A program made the translations under genes and the position numbers. From the NCBI GenBank assembly GCA_025210485.1, contig JAOARN010000132.1:382-64381 (forward strand): a DNA stretch of 64,000 bases. Reading direction: 5' to 3'. The notes under the pieces are model-generated. The model was not told the DNA's origin. It did not search any database and saw only the letters and a list, made by a program, of their open reading frames with translations. Shown piece by piece: positions 30,650-41,344 of the stretch. The DNA comes from Marinifilaceae bacterium. Its GTDB lineage: Bacteria; Bacteroidota; Bacteroidia; Bacteroidales; Marinifilaceae. Numbering within the stretch: position 1 is the first letter of the stretch; each line of letters opens with the position of its first letter.

Positions 30650-31748
30650 TTATTTATCTTTGCTTCCTGCAAATTGCATTAAATAAGCTTTTATAAAATC
30701 GTCTATTTCTCCATCCATAACAGCTTGAACATTTGAACTTTCATGTTGTGTTCTAACGTCTTTAACAAGTTTGTAAGGTTGCATTACATATGATCTTATT
30801 TGTGAACCCCATTCTATTTTAAGTTTGGTTCCCTCAATTTTGTCTCGTTCTTCTTGTCTTTTTTGTAATTCAAGTTGATATAATTGGGACTTAAGTAATC
30901 TAAGGGCATTTTCACGGTTGCCCAATTGAGATCTACTTTCCGTATTTTCAATTATTATTCCAGTGGGTGCGTGTCGAAGTCTTACGCCTGTTTCAACCTT
31001 GTTTACATTTTGACCTCCTGCTCCACCAGATCTAAATGTATCCCAACTGATATCAGAAGGGTTTATTTCAATTTCAATGCTGTCGTCTATTGAAGGATAA
31101 ACAAATACTGATGCAAATGATGTCATTCGTTTATTGGCAGAATTAAAAGGTGAAAGTCTTACAAGTCGGTGTACTCCATTCTCTGATTTGAGATAACCAT
31201 AAGCAAAATCTCCTTCAAACTCTAGAGTTGCTGATTTTATGCCAGCCTCGTCTCCATCTTGGTATTCTAGTTGTTTTACTTTATAGCCGTTTTTTTCACC
31301 ATATCGAAGATACATTCGGTAAAGCATATCAGCCCAGTCGCAGCTTTCGGTTCCTCCAGCTCCTGCATTTATTTTCAATATTGCTCCGAGTTTGTCTTCT
31401 TCGTTTCGAAGCATATTCTTTAATTCCAATGCTTCTGTTAGCTCAAACGAAGTTTTATATTGTTCTTCTACATCTTCATTGCTAGCCTCTCCTTCTTTCG
31501 CAAATTCGTATAGAACGTTTAAGTCCTCTATTGCCTCTTCAAGTTCGTTGAATGATTCTACCCATTGTTTTATTCCTTTTAGCTTTTTCATCTGAGTTTC
31601 TGCTTTTTTTGCATCATCCCAGAATCCAGGTGCTTGGGTTCTCATCTCTTCTTCTTGTATTTCTATAAGTTTGGCATCAATGTCAAAGATACCTCCTTAG
31701 CGCATGCTTGCGCTCCAACAATTCTTTAAGTTGGTCTGTCGTTATCAT
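30650..31748 (-). CDS. prfB: peptide chain release factor 2; requires a programmed +1 frameshift, complement(join(30650..31684,31686..31748))
   Basis: ORF0 is MITTDQLKELLERKHALRRYL and ends at TGA (31685-31683). The +1 frame continues DIDAKLIEIQEEEMRTQAPGFW... and contains the SPF tripeptide and GGQ (SGGAGGQNVNKVETGVRL). Confidence 0.93.
31682..31697 (-). other. prfB +1 frameshift cassette: AGGAGG-TAT-CTT-TGA-C
   Basis: Minus-sense CTAAGGAGGTATCTTTGAC. Slippery CTT, in-frame TGA followed by C, and an SD-like AGGAGG 3 nt upstream. Confidence 0.9.
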
Positions 31749-31881
31749 AGTTATATGTATAAAAAAAGTTTCTTTATATTTTTGTATTTACAAAAGTATA
31801 AAGAAACTTTAGATTTTATATTTAATATTCTAAATAAGTAACCAGTCTTTTATTTTTAACTAGTTGTCTTGTTTGGAAATA

Positions 31882-33192
31882 TTATTTTTTTGATACAAAG
31901 TGGTAGTGGCTACCGAATCTTTCGAATGCAGCTTTGTCTAATTCTTCACGGAAGTTAGGGTGAGCAACAGAGATAATAGCTTTTGCTCTTTTCTGTAGGC
32001 TTAACCCGAATAAGTTGACAGCACCAAATTCTGTAACAAACCATCTCATATTGTTACGTGTAGTTACTACACCTGAACCTTGTAATAATGTTGGAGTAAT
32101 TTTAGAAAGGCCTTTTCCTGTTACAGATGGCATTGCAATTATTGGTACACCACCTTCTGAAGCAGCAGCACCACGAGTAAAGTCAATTTGACCACCTACT
32201 CCTGAGTAGTGTGTTGTTCCGATAGAATCAGCACATACCTGACCAGTGATATCAATTGATAAAGCTGAGTTTATTGCACATACTTTAGGGTTTTGCTTGA
32301 TTATATGAACACCATTTGTATAGGCAACATCCATCATTAAAACACCTGGGTTGTCATCTACGAAATCATATAATTCTTTAGTTCCCATTAAGAAACCTGC
32401 AACAATTTTACCCTTGTCTAGTTTTTTGTTCATACCATTAACAACGCCTTTTTCAACTAATGGAAGAAGACCATCAGCAAACATTTCAGTGTGAACACCT
32501 AGGTCTTTGTGGTTTCCAAGTTGAGCTAATACAGCATTTGGAATACCACCGATACCCATTTGAAGACAAGCGCCATCAGGGATAAGGTTGGCAACATTTT
32601 TACCAATTGCGATATCTGTTTCAGATAAAGGACCCATATCATGCTCGATAAGAGGAGAATCATCTTCACAGAATACATCAAAATTACTTAAAGGCATCAT
32701 TGCATCACCAAATGCACGAGGTACATTAGGGTTGATAATAGCAATTACAGTATCAGCTTCTTCTACTGCAGCACGAGAACAATCAACAGAAGTACCTAAT
32801 GAAACATATCCATGTTTGTCAGGGGTGCTTACTTGCACAACAGCAACATTAACATTAAGAACACCTTCGCGGATTAATTGTTGAGTTTCACTAAGGAAAA
32901 CAGGAATATAGTCAGCATATCCAGCTTGAGTTTGTTTACGAACATTAGCACCTACAAATAATGATTCAAGGTTGAATACTCCTTCAAATTCAGTTGCTGC
33001 GTATGGTGCTGGACCTTCTGTGTGGATGTGTTGGATTGTTACATCATAAATTTCGCCATTTTTTCCACGTTCGCACATTGCGTTGATAAACTTGTGCGGA
33101 GCCAATGCTACTGAATGTAAATGTACTCTGTCGCCTGATTTTATAATCTTTGCAGCTTCCTCAAAGCTAACAATATTTAAATCCTTCTGCAT
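31882..33192 (-). CDS. acetyl-CoA hydrolase/transferase family protein (4-hydroxybutyrate CoA-transferase-like)
   Basis: 436 aa. Family-typical segments LQMGIGGIPNAV, GVHTEMF, SALSIDITGQVCADSIG, SGVGGQIDF. Confidence 0.85.
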   Translation of the reverse strand: MQKDLNIVSFEEAAKIIKSGDRVHLHSVALAPHKFINAMCERGKNGEIYDVTIQHIHTEGPAPYAATEFEGVFNLESLFVGANVRKQTQAGYADYIPVFLSETQQLIREGVLNVNVAVVQVSTPDKHGYVSLGTSVDCSRAAVEEADTVIAIINPNVPRAFGDAMMPLSNFDVFCEDDSPLIEHDMGPLSETDIAIGKNVANLIPDGACLQMGIGGIPNAVLAQLGNHKDLGVHTEMFADGLLPLVEKGVVNGMNKKLDKGKIVAGFLMGTKELYDFVDDNPGVLMMDVAYTNGVHIIKQNPKVCAINSALSIDITGQVCADSIGTTHYSGVGGQIDFTRGAAASEGGVPIIAMPSVTGKGLSKITPTLLQGSGVVTTRNNMRWFVTEFGAVNLFGLSLQKRAKAIISVAHPNFREELDKAAFERFGSHYHFVSKK

Positions 33193-33481
33193 AGTATTGT
33201 ATTTTGGTTATATCTTTCTATTATGTTTAAAATATTTCCCTGTTTTATCATGAAAAAACAGTTGGATATTTTGGATGAAATTATATTAACGGTCGCTAAG
33301 ATAATCCATATTATTTTTAAATTAAATGCTTTGTAGCATTTGTTTTAGATATTGTTTAATATTGTTTCGGGATATAGTACTTGGAGGTGATAACTAGAGT
33401 TTTAGTAGATTCAAACTTTTCGGGTTTCCTGTTTTTGATTGTCTTGGGATTATGTTGTCTTTTATTTGTGTTCTGGTATTT

Positions 33482-34594
33482 CTATTTTGACATATTTTTT
33501 ATGAATTCTGTAGGCGTTTGTTTGGTGAATTGTTTGAACACTCTGTTGAATGATGATTTGGAATTAAAACCACAATCATATGCTAGATTTATGATAGAAT
33601 TATTTTCATGTTTACCTTCCTCTAAAAGTTTGATAAAGTAATCGATCCTGAATTTATTGATATAATCTGTGTAGCTAAGTCCTGAAACCCTATTTATTGA
33701 ATTTGAGACAGTGTGTTCAGGTAATTTTATATTTTCGGAGAGTTTGCGTAAGGTAAGATCTCCATCTCTAAAAAGTTCATTTTTTCTAACAAGCGAACAG
33801 ATATTAATATAATTTTCCTTGTCTGTAGAGTTTTCCAATTTGTCTGTTTTTGTTGATTTTGGAATATCTTTTACATTTTCTGTTTCATTATAAACAGTTG
33901 TAAATTCTAGACTATATTTTGTGTATATAAATATGAATGATATTACAAATATGGAAACGACTATATTGATTATGATTATTTCGTCAAGAAAGAATCTCAT
34001 GCCTATATTTCCCATTAGTTTTAATCCAAAAACTAATGTCATGAGTATTACCACTCCAATGCATACGCTTTTAATCCATAGGGCTATATTGTTTGACAGT
34101 ATGTTTAGTTTTCCTTCTCGTTGATATTTCAGAACCGTATATATTGTGTATGAAACATAGCTAATAAGAATAGCGAATTTCATATAAACAGATATTACTG
34201 AGTAGATATTATCGGAATGTGAACAGCCTCCTTCGTTAAGACAATCAACAAGGTCAAACCATTTTATATAAATCTTGTATCCCAAGTATATTATGAATGG
34301 AATAAGATGAATAAGTTGTTTTTTTTCAAATTTAAAATCTTTTGTAGTTAGGCTCTTTATGTATAAATAGAAGAATGTTCCGTGAAGGACATGCGTAGAG
34401 CAGGATATTTCGTAGAACCAATGATATTCGACAAATAGATTTTGTGATGATAGAAAAAAGGTTATTTCAGCAGGGATAATAAATGCCATCCATGTTATAA
34501 GAATTTTGTCAGAAAGTAATAGATTCTTTCTGGATGAAAGCTTATAAATTGTGAAAATTATAAATGCAATGCTAATAACAAAGATATAATCCAT
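33482..34594 (-). CDS. membrane-anchored AraC-family transcriptional regulator
   Basis: 370 aa. About 230-aa N-terminal polytopic membrane region. C-terminal double HTH (LAYDCGFNSKSSFNRVFKQFTKQTPTEF). Confidence 0.85.
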   Translation of the reverse strand: MDYIFVISIAFIIFTIYKLSSRKNLLLSDKILITWMAFIIPAEITFFLSSQNLFVEYHWFYEISCSTHVLHGTFFYLYIKSLTTKDFKFEKKQLIHLIPFIIYLGYKIYIKWFDLVDCLNEGGCSHSDNIYSVISVYMKFAILISYVSYTIYTVLKYQREGKLNILSNNIALWIKSVCIGVVILMTLVFGLKLMGNIGMRFFLDEIIIINIVVSIFVISFIFIYTKYSLEFTTVYNETENVKDIPKSTKTDKLENSTDKENYINICSLVRKNELFRDGDLTLRKLSENIKLPEHTVSNSINRVSGLSYTDYINKFRIDYFIKLLEEGKHENNSIINLAYDCGFNSKSSFNRVFKQFTKQTPTEFIKNMSK

Positions 34595-34812
34595 TATATT
34601 GTAACTGTTGTTTTATATTTAAGACTAGAATAAAGTTAGATGTATAAGCAAGCCTGCGATTAAATAAAATTAAACTATTGTTTTTTTGACAAAAATATTG
34701 CTTGTTCTTTAATTATACTTTTTGTTAGGAGTTTTTTAACAATTATCTTATTTATTCTGCTTAAAAATAAAAAAAACCTTTTAAATTATATAGAATTGAG
34801 TATAAAAAACTT

Positions 34813-34867
34813 AAGCACCTGTGTTTTATAAATTATTTATATGTAAAATCACAAGTGCTTTTTTTCT
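34813..34867. terminator. hairpin with flanking A/T runs downstream of the rdgB operon
   Basis: AAGCACCTGTG ... CACAAGTGCTT (one wobble), 26-nt loop, T7 on the plus side and T6 on the minus side. Confidence 0.45.
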
Positions 34868-34902
34868 TTTCCTATTATTTTGGGGTTTCCTATTAAAAAC
34901 AA

Positions 34903-35496
34903 TTAGATTGTCTTGTTTTTAAGAAACTTAGTTAGCTTTTCAACAGCTCTACCTCTATGGCTGATTTTATTTTTTTCAGATAGTTCCATTTCTGCAAACG
35001 AAATATTGTAATTTTCAGGCATAAAAATTGGGTCATAGCCAAAACCTTCGTTTCCGTGTTTCTCTTCAAGAATTTTACCTATAACTTCTCCTTCAAATTC
35101 ATACTTCTTTCCTTCTAAATAGAGAGCAATTACAGTTCTGAATTTAGCATTTCTGTTTTCTGTGCCATCCATTTTTAGAAGTACCTTTTGCATATTGTCT
35201 TCAGAGCTTTTGTTTTCGCCTGCATATCTTGCGGAGTAAACTCCAGGTTCTCCGTTCAGAGCATCTATTTCAAGACCAGTGTCATCGGCAAATACATTTA
35301 CATTGTATTTCTTAAAAATATATTCAGCCTTTTGATTAGCATTTTCTTCTAGAGTTTCAAAGTCTTCAGGAATTTCTTCGTTGCAATTTATATCTTGTAG
35401 GCTTAATAGTTTGTATTTTTCACCAAGTATTTCTCTGATTTCTTTCAGTTTATTAGGATTGTTGGTTGCGAATACAATTTCCAATTTGTTGTTCAT
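34903..35496 (-). CDS. rdgB: non-canonical purine NTP pyrophosphatase (RdgB/HAM1 family)
   Basis: 197 aa. FATNNPNKLKE, ADDTGLEIDALNGEPGVYSARY, GFGYDPIF, SHRG. Confidence 0.9.
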   Translation of the reverse strand: MNNKLEIVFATNNPNKLKEIREILGEKYKLLSLQDINCNEEIPEDFETLEENANQKAEYIFKKYNVNVFADDTGLEIDALNGEPGVYSARYAGENKSSEDNMQKVLLKMDGTENRNAKFRTVIALYLEGKKYEFEGEVIGKILEEKHGNEGFGYDPIFMPENYNISFAEMELSEKNKISHRGRAVEKLTKFLKNKTI

Positions 35497-35502
35497 TATA
35501 TA

Positions 35503-36612
35503 TTATTTTTCTATTTCTATCTCAAATAACTTAGGCCATCTTTTACCTGTTACAAATATTCTGTTGTTTTCTTTGTCGTATGCTATTCCATTCAATACAT
35601 CATCACCAGGAGTTAGCTTTGAGCGAGTTTTCGGATCAAGTATATTGCTTAGGTCTATTTCGGCTTCAACAGCCCCTGAATCGGGATTGATTACAATGAT
35701 TTTGTCGGTTAACCATATATTGGCATATATTTTACCATCAATATATTCCATTTCGTTTATGTTGGTTACTTTTCCTAAGTTATCATAAACTTCTAATGTT
35801 TTTACTTCTTCGAAAGTTTGTGGGTTAACGAATTGTAGTTTGTTGGTTCCGTCCGAAATTACTAGATTATTCTCTATATTGATAATTCCCCAACTTTGTC
35901 CACTGCTTGTCTTTGGATATAGTGTATCTTTCAATTTAAAGCTTTTAGCATCAATTACGAATGCTTTTTTTGATGTCCAAGTAAGTTGATATATGTTATC
36001 ATTCAACATGCAGATGCCTTCTCCAAAATAATTATCTTCAAGAGGTCTAGATTTAATAAGTTTGCCAGTTTTAAGATCTATTTTTTTAAGTTCTGATTGA
36101 CCGTTTTGTCCTGTTCCTTCATACAAGTATCCATTATGAAAGAATAGTCCCTGAGTGTATGCAGTTTTATCGTGTTTGTATTCCTTTTTGACTTTATATT
36201 TATATGATTTTGGAGTAAATCTTGATTTAATGTTAATGTAGCTTGAAAGTTTTCCTATTTCTCCATTTTCATGATATGCAATTATGTCGAATTTGTATTT
36301 TCCCATTTTATTTTTTGAGGGAATCCACTTGTAGTTCCATGAAGGTTTAGTCAATCGTGTTATCGTGTCGCCATCAGCAATTAATATCATGGAGTCGATA
36401 TCTCCAGATCTTTTTCTTGCATGAATGTTAATGTTAATTTCTTTCCCAAAGCTGTATAAATCACCTTTTCTAGGTGATTTTAATCTCAAGCTGTTTATGT
36501 ATTGGTTTATCTTGTTTTGATTTGACTTGTGGGAGTTACTTTTCTTATTAGAGCATGAGAAAAGGGCTACAGAAATAAGAATAGATAAGTTTATTAGTAA
36601 TTGTTTTGTCAT
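35503..36612 (-). CDS. glutaminyl-peptide cyclotransferase (beta-propeller type) with an N-terminal extra domain
   Basis: 369 aa. Lipobox ALFSCS. The propeller part YTQGLFFHNGYLYEGTGQNGQSELKKIDLKTGK...LNGIAYD is typical of plant/bacterial QC. Confidence 0.8.
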   Translation of the reverse strand: MTKQLLINLSILISVALFSCSNKKSNSHKSNQNKINQYINSLRLKSPRKGDLYSFGKEININIHARKRSGDIDSMILIADGDTITRLTKPSWNYKWIPSKNKMGKYKFDIIAYHENGEIGKLSSYINIKSRFTPKSYKYKVKKEYKHDKTAYTQGLFFHNGYLYEGTGQNGQSELKKIDLKTGKLIKSRPLEDNYFGEGICMLNDNIYQLTWTSKKAFVIDAKSFKLKDTLYPKTSSGQSWGIINIENNLVISDGTNKLQFVNPQTFEEVKTLEVYDNLGKVTNINEMEYIDGKIYANIWLTDKIIVINPDSGAVEAEIDLSNILDPKTRSKLTPGDDVLNGIAYDKENNRIFVTGKRWPKLFEIEIEK

Positions 36613-36680
36613 ACTTATAGTTGTGAGTTTTGTTAAAAACTAGGATAATCAATGCAATTTACTAAGATGTGATGAATTAA

Positions 36681-36724
36681 TAAACCGTAATTTTAAAAAT
36701 TTAAAATTACGGTTTATTTTTTTT
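36681..36724 (+). terminator. strong plus-strand-oriented intrinsic terminator lying between two minus-strand genes
   Basis: Perfect 15-bp stem TAAACCGTAATTTTA / TAAAATTACGGTTTA, 6-nt loop, then T8 on the plus strand only. Confidence 0.6.
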
Positions 36725-36797
36725 GGTTTTGAATATTGTTTCTAGTTGAAATTCATATTATAATCTATGATTAGATTCTATGCTAGATTAGAAAATA

Positions 36798-38270
36798 TTA
36801 TATTTCCCATTCAAAACCGTCTTTAGTGTCTTTTACTTTGATACCCATAGCTGATAATTTATCTCTAATTTCATCAGCGGTGGTCCAGTCTTTATTTTGT
36901 TTGGCTCTGATACGAGTTTCTAATAATAGATCGACAACATTTTTAAGAATTTCGTCATTTCCTGAGTTTGACTCCCCTCCTTCTAATTCTAATCCAAGAA
37001 CATCTTTTATCAACTCATTAAATAAAGTTTTTAGTTTGTCTAAATCTTCATCATTGATAGTTTCTGTTCCTGCAAGTATATTGTTAATTGATTTAACTCC
37101 ATCAAATAAATGTGCGATAAGAATAGGCGTATTCAAGTCGTCATTAAGAGCGGCATAGCATTTTTCCTTTAATTCAGTAACATTGATTGTTGAGTTGTCT
37201 GATATTTGGATTTTATCAAGATTCGATAATGCTTGCATTAATTTTTGAAATCCTTTTTCTGATGCCTTAAGTGCTGTATTTGAGAAATCTAAAGGACTGC
37301 GGTAATGAGCTTGTAGCATAAAGAATCGAACAGTCATTGGAGAGTATGCTTGATCTAAGACATTGTTATCTCCGCTAAACATCTGTTGAAGAGTGATGAA
37401 GTTGCCTAAAGATTTTCCCATTTTCTGACCATCGATAGTGATCATATTGTTATGAATCCAATATTTTACAGCTTCTTCTCCGTATGCACCTGTAGTTTGA
37501 GCAATTTCACATTCGTGGTGTGGGAATTGTAAGTCGAGTCCTCCTCCGTGTATGTCGAACTGTTTGCCTAGGTATTTTTGTCCCATTGCAGAACATTCAA
37601 GATGCCATCCAGGGAAACCATCACTCCATCTGCTTGGCCATCTCATGATATGTTCTGGTGCTGCTTTTTTCCATAAAGCAAAGTCAAGACTGTTTTTCTT
37701 TTCTGACTGTCCGTCAAGATCACGAGTATTTGCCTGAAGTTCTTCGATTTTTCTACCTGAAAGTTTTCCGTAATTATGTTTTTTCGAGTATTCTAAAACA
37801 TCAAAATATACGGATCCGTTACTTTCGTATGCAAATCCATTTTTAATTAATTTTTCAATTAATTCGATTTGTTCTATGATATGGCCAGAAGCATGAGGTT
37901 CTATACTTGGAGAAAGCACATTTAAATCGTCCATATCCTTGTGGTAGCGATTCGTGTAGTGTTGTGCTATTTCCATTGGCTCTAATTGCTCCAATTTGGC
38001 TTTTTTTGCAATTTTATCCTCCCCTTCGTCTGCGTCGTCAACAAGATGACCTACATCGGTTATGTTTCTTACGTATCTAACCTTGTATCCGATATGATTA
38101 AGATATCGAAACCATAGGTCGAAGCTTATAGCTGATCGAGCATGTCCTAGATGTGCGTCTCCATAGACAGTAGGTCCACAAACGTATAGTCCAACATGTG
38201 GAGGGTTTATTGGTTCAAATCTTTCCTTTGATCTGGAAAGAGTATTGTAAATATTCAATTTTGATTCCAT
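36798..38270 (-). CDS. cysS: cysteine--tRNA ligase
   Basis: HIGH region [15 protein letters not shown] variant KMGKSLGN. Start moved to the ATG at 38270 ([13 protein letters not shown]). The 47 upstream codons in the listed ORF are leader. Confidence 0.93.
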   Translation of the reverse strand: MESKLNIYNTLSRSKERFEPINPPHVGLYVCGPTVYGDAHLGHARSAISFDLWFRYLNHIGYKVRYVRNITDVGHLVDDADEGEDKIAKKAKLEQLEPMEIAQHYTNRYHKDMDDLNVLSPSIEPHASGHIIEQIELIEKLIKNGFAYESNGSVYFDVLEYSKKHNYGKLSGRKIEELQANTRDLDGQSEKKNSLDFALWKKAAPEHIMRWPSRWSDGFPGWHLECSAMGQKYLGKQFDIHGGGLDLQFPHHECEIAQTTGAYGEEAVKYWIHNNMITIDGQKMGKSLGNFITLQQMFSGDNNVLDQAYSPMTVRFFMLQAHYRSPLDFSNTALKASEKGFQKLMQALSNLDKIQISDNSTINVTELKEKCYAALNDDLNTPILIAHLFDGVKSINNILAGTETINDEDLDKLKTLFNELIKDVLGLELEGGESNSGNDEILKNVVDLLLETRIRAKQNKDWTTADEIRDKLSAMGIKVKDTKDGFEWEI

Positions 38271-38500
38271 TTCTACAAAATTATATGCAAATGTAAAATT
38301 ATAAAAAAGATAAGAATACAGTTGTTCTGTATTTAAGAAAATATTATAGAGATAATATGTGTCAGGTGGTTTTTGAAATTTAGCAACAACAGACTTCACA
38401 ACCGCTTGCAAAGCGATTGAAGCATATGTGATTTTTGAATTCTATGAAAATATTAGATAAGTTTTTCATAAACTTGTTATGTTGCATAAATTACTGTATA

Positions 38501-38531
38501 CAAAAAAGAGAATACTGTAAAGTACTCTCTT
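38501..38531 (-). terminator. terminator immediately after tRNA-Cys
   Basis: Minus-sense AAGAGAGTACT-TTAC-AGTATTCTCTT (one G-U pair) followed by T6. Confidence 0.55.
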
Positions 38532-38541
38532 AGTTTTTTTG

Positions 38542-38612
38542 AGGTCTCTGGCGGACTCGAACCGCCGTAGATGGTTTTGCAGACCACTGCCTAGCCACTC
38601 GGCCAAGAGACC
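38542..38612 (-). tRNA. tRNA-Cys (GCA)
   Basis: Minus-sense GGTCTCTTGGCCGAGTGGCTAGGCAGTGGTCTGCAAAACCATCTACGGCGGTTCGAGTCCGCCAGAGACCT. It has a 7-bp acceptor stem, anticodon loop CTGCAAA, and T-arm GGCGG-TTCGAGT-CCGCC. CCA is not encoded. Confidence 0.9.
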
Positions 38613-38717
38613 CTTTCTCCGTATCGGCGATGCAAATATAGGCATTATATTTTTAATATTCCAAATAAAAAAATGAATTATTTTAAAGTTTTTTTTCAGA
38701 AGCTTAGTATTCAGTGC

Positions 38718-39068
38718 CTATCGAGAAAGAGTTAAACTAACTTTTTTTATTTGTCCACCCATAGGAGGGTTTAATTTACTTAATTTGATAGTTGCTTTCT
38801 GTATTTCAGGGAAATTTTCATATAGCATATCGAGTACTCTTTCGCATACATGTTCTAGTAAATGGGATGTTATTTTCACCTCTTTACTTATCATTTCATA
38901 TGCTCTTTGGTAGTTTAGTGCATCACCTATAAAATCTGTCTCGCATGGTTTAGCAGCATCATATTCTAATTTGACATACATTTCGAATTTGTTACCCACT
39001 ATTTGTTCTTCTTTAAAGCATCCATGGTAGGCATAATATTCTAATCCTTCAAGTTCAATAATTGCCAT
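38718..39068 (-). CDS. folB: dihydroneopterin aldolase
   Basis: 116 aa. The pattern YAYHGCFKEEQIVGNKF...DALNYQ is typical of FolB. Confidence 0.8.
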   Translation of the reverse strand: MAIIELEGLEYYAYHGCFKEEQIVGNKFEMYVKLEYDAAKPCETDFIGDALNYQRAYEMISKEVKITSHLLEHVCERVLDMLYENFPEIQKATIKLSKLNPPMGGQIKKVSLTLSR

Positions 39069-39178
39069 TTTACACTTTTTTAAAAATTAGTATTGAATTG
39101 TTTATTTTAAAATTAAGGGTTGGATTATCACAATGTTATGAGATTTATCCAACCCTTAATAGTTTAATAATTAGATTT

Positions 39179-39889
39179 TTATTTCATTAAGAAATTAAAG
39201 TCGTCAGCATTTGTTAATTCATAAGCGTCTACACCATTTTTAAATATTCTACATGGTCTGTCGCCAATAAGAGATAGTTTGTCTCCTTCAACAAGGAACA
39301 TTGTACCTTCTCTTAATCCAGCTACGTACATATCAGGATTAAGCACCATAAATTCGTTGATTCTATCTTCTCTAGTTTCACCTCCATGACCTTCTGGATT
39401 TTTATCCAAGTAGTGTGGGTTAATTTGGAATGGAATCATATTTAATGCATCAAATCCCATTGGGTCAATGATAGGCATATCATTAGTAGTCTTGATAGTT
39501 GGACAGCTTAGGTTCGAACCTGCACTCCATCCGATATAAGGAGCATTTTCAGACATAACTTTTTTTCTGATAGGTTCAGTCAGATTGTACTTGTGTACTA
39601 AATGAAGTAGGTTCCATGTAGATCCACCGCCAACGACAATAGCTTCGGCTTCTTCAACTGCTTTTACTGGATCTTCAAAATGGTGAATTGAAACGATATC
39701 ATGACCGATTTCGTTGAATCTTTCTTTTACCTTTGCTTCGTACTCATCGAATGACATAGTAACACCTGCGTAAGGAATAAATAGAGCTTTAACTGATTTA
39801 TCTCCTAAGAATTCTTTAATATTATTTTTTGGGTAATCAAGGTATGCCTCACCTGGCATAGTTGAATTGCTTATTAAAAGTAATCTCAT
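39179..39889 (-). CDS. pepE: dipeptidase E (S51 family)
   Basis: MRLLLISNSTMPG start as in PepE, GGGSTWNLL, catalytic Ser context GWSAGSN. The ATG at 39889 is preferred over the TTG at 39898. Confidence 0.85.
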   Translation of the reverse strand: MRLLLISNSTMPGEAYLDYPKNNIKEFLGDKSVKALFIPYAGVTMSFDEYEAKVKERFNEIGHDIVSIHHFEDPVKAVEEAEAIVVGGGSTWNLLHLVHKYNLTEPIRKKVMSENAPYIGWSAGSNLSCPTIKTTNDMPIIDPMGFDALNMIPFQINPHYLDKNPEGHGGETREDRINEFMVLNPDMYVAGLREGTMFLVEGDKLSLIGDRPCRIFKNGVDAYELTNADDFNFLMK

Positions 39890-40192
39890 TTTATTCAAAT
39901 ATTTAGATTGTTTATTTCCTAGTTCAAAGAAAATAAAAACTTGTCACAAAAGCCAATTGAACCTATGTATTTTAAAATATATTTATCCAAATAAGTTTGT
40001 GTGTTTTTTGAAATAATTTACTTTTAGTTTGCTAATAATGAGCCTTTGAGATTATGGAATAACAAATTTTATTAGTTTGTTATTGTAGTGGTAAAAAAAT
40101 AAATAGAGTATATTTTTATTATCTGGTATAATAAAAAAAAGCAAATAGGAAACACAGTCTTATTTGCTTTTTTCGTGAAGTATTGATAGTTA

Positions 40193-40900
40193 CTAGCAAG
40201 TAACTAATGTACCAATATTTTCACCACTTAATAGTTTGTTCAAATTACCTACTTCATCCATATTGAAAACAATAATATCAAGTTTGTTTTCTTTACACAT
40301 TGTAGTAGCAGTTAAGTCCATTATACGAAGATTTTTTTCATATAATTCGTCGAAGCTGATAGTTTCAAATTTCACTGCATTAGGATTTTTTTCAGGGTCA
40401 GAATCGTATACTCCATCTACTCTGGTTCCTTTAAGCATAGCATCTGCTTCTATCTCGATTCCTCTAAGAGAAGAACCTGTATCAGTAGTGAAATAAGGAT
40501 TACCCGTACCAGCAGCAAAAATAGTTACATAGCCTTGGTTTAGATATTCAACAGCTTTTGCTTTAGAGTAAAATTCACCAATTGGAGCCATATTTATAGC
40601 TGTTAATACTTTGGCTTTGCAATCAGCAGAGCTAAGAGCAGATTGTAGAGCAAGACTGTTAATTACAGTAGCCAACATTCCCATAGAATCACCATTGACT
40701 CTGTCAAAACCTTTTGCCGCTCCGCTTAAACCTCTAAAGATATTACCACCACCGATAACAATGGCAACTTGTACTCCATTGTCAGCAGCTTCTTTGATCT
40801 GTTTTGCATATTCTGCAAGTCTTTCGGAGTTTATACCGAATTTATCTTCTCCTGCAAGAGATTCGCCGCTTAATTTTAATAATATTCTTTTGTATTTCAC
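40193..40900 (-). CDS. pyrH: UMP kinase
   Basis: 235 aa, GTG start. YKRILLKLSGESL, VIGGGNIFRG, GTGNPYFTTD. Confidence 0.93.
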   Translation of the reverse strand: MKYKRILLKLSGESLAGEDKFGINSERLAEYAKQIKEAADNGVQVAIVIGGGNIFRGLSGAAKGFDRVNGDSMGMLATVINSLALQSALSSADCKAKVLTAINMAPIGEFYSKAKAVEYLNQGYVTIFAAGTGNPYFTTDTGSSLRGIEIEADAMLKGTRVDGVYDSDPEKNPNAVKFETISFDELYEKNLRIMDLTATTMCKENKLDIIVFNMDEVGNLNKLLSGENIGTLVTC

Positions 40901-41344
40901 TTTTATTTAATTTTATTTTTTTGCAAACTTAATAATACCTATTGCATTATCAAATTGATTATAGGATAAGTAGCAAATAATATTTTTTATTGATTTTGTA
41001 TTATTTCGATCTAAATTTTAAACTTTTTGGAACTAGTATTGATTTTATCTTATAAAAAGTCGCTCTGTTTAATGATTATAGAATCTTAAAATGAATAAAG
41101 TATCGTCTAAATATCAGTATTTTAATATTACTTAATATTATTAAACTGGGATATATGTAGGGTTTTAAGTTCAATGTTTATTGGGTGTTCAGTAAATATT
41201 ATACAGCATAAGTAATTTGGCATTAATTGGAGAGCTTTGATTATATGTGCCAATTTTATTAACTGATTAGTTTCCAAAATTCTTTCCCTTTTTTCTAAAA
41301 GTCTGTAATTTAAATATTGTAGTGTTTTATTTAACGAATTTTAG

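Noticed and set aside
38271-38500. T-box riboswitch in the cysS leader
   Set aside because: The minus-sense leader contains no T-box sequence (AAnnnGGGTGGTACCGCG-like) and no specifier-loop architecture.
41214-41256. Inverted TTGGCA / TGCCAA pair upstream of the porin gene
   Set aside because: Only 6-8 bp match, which is not distinguishable from chance in 440 bp.
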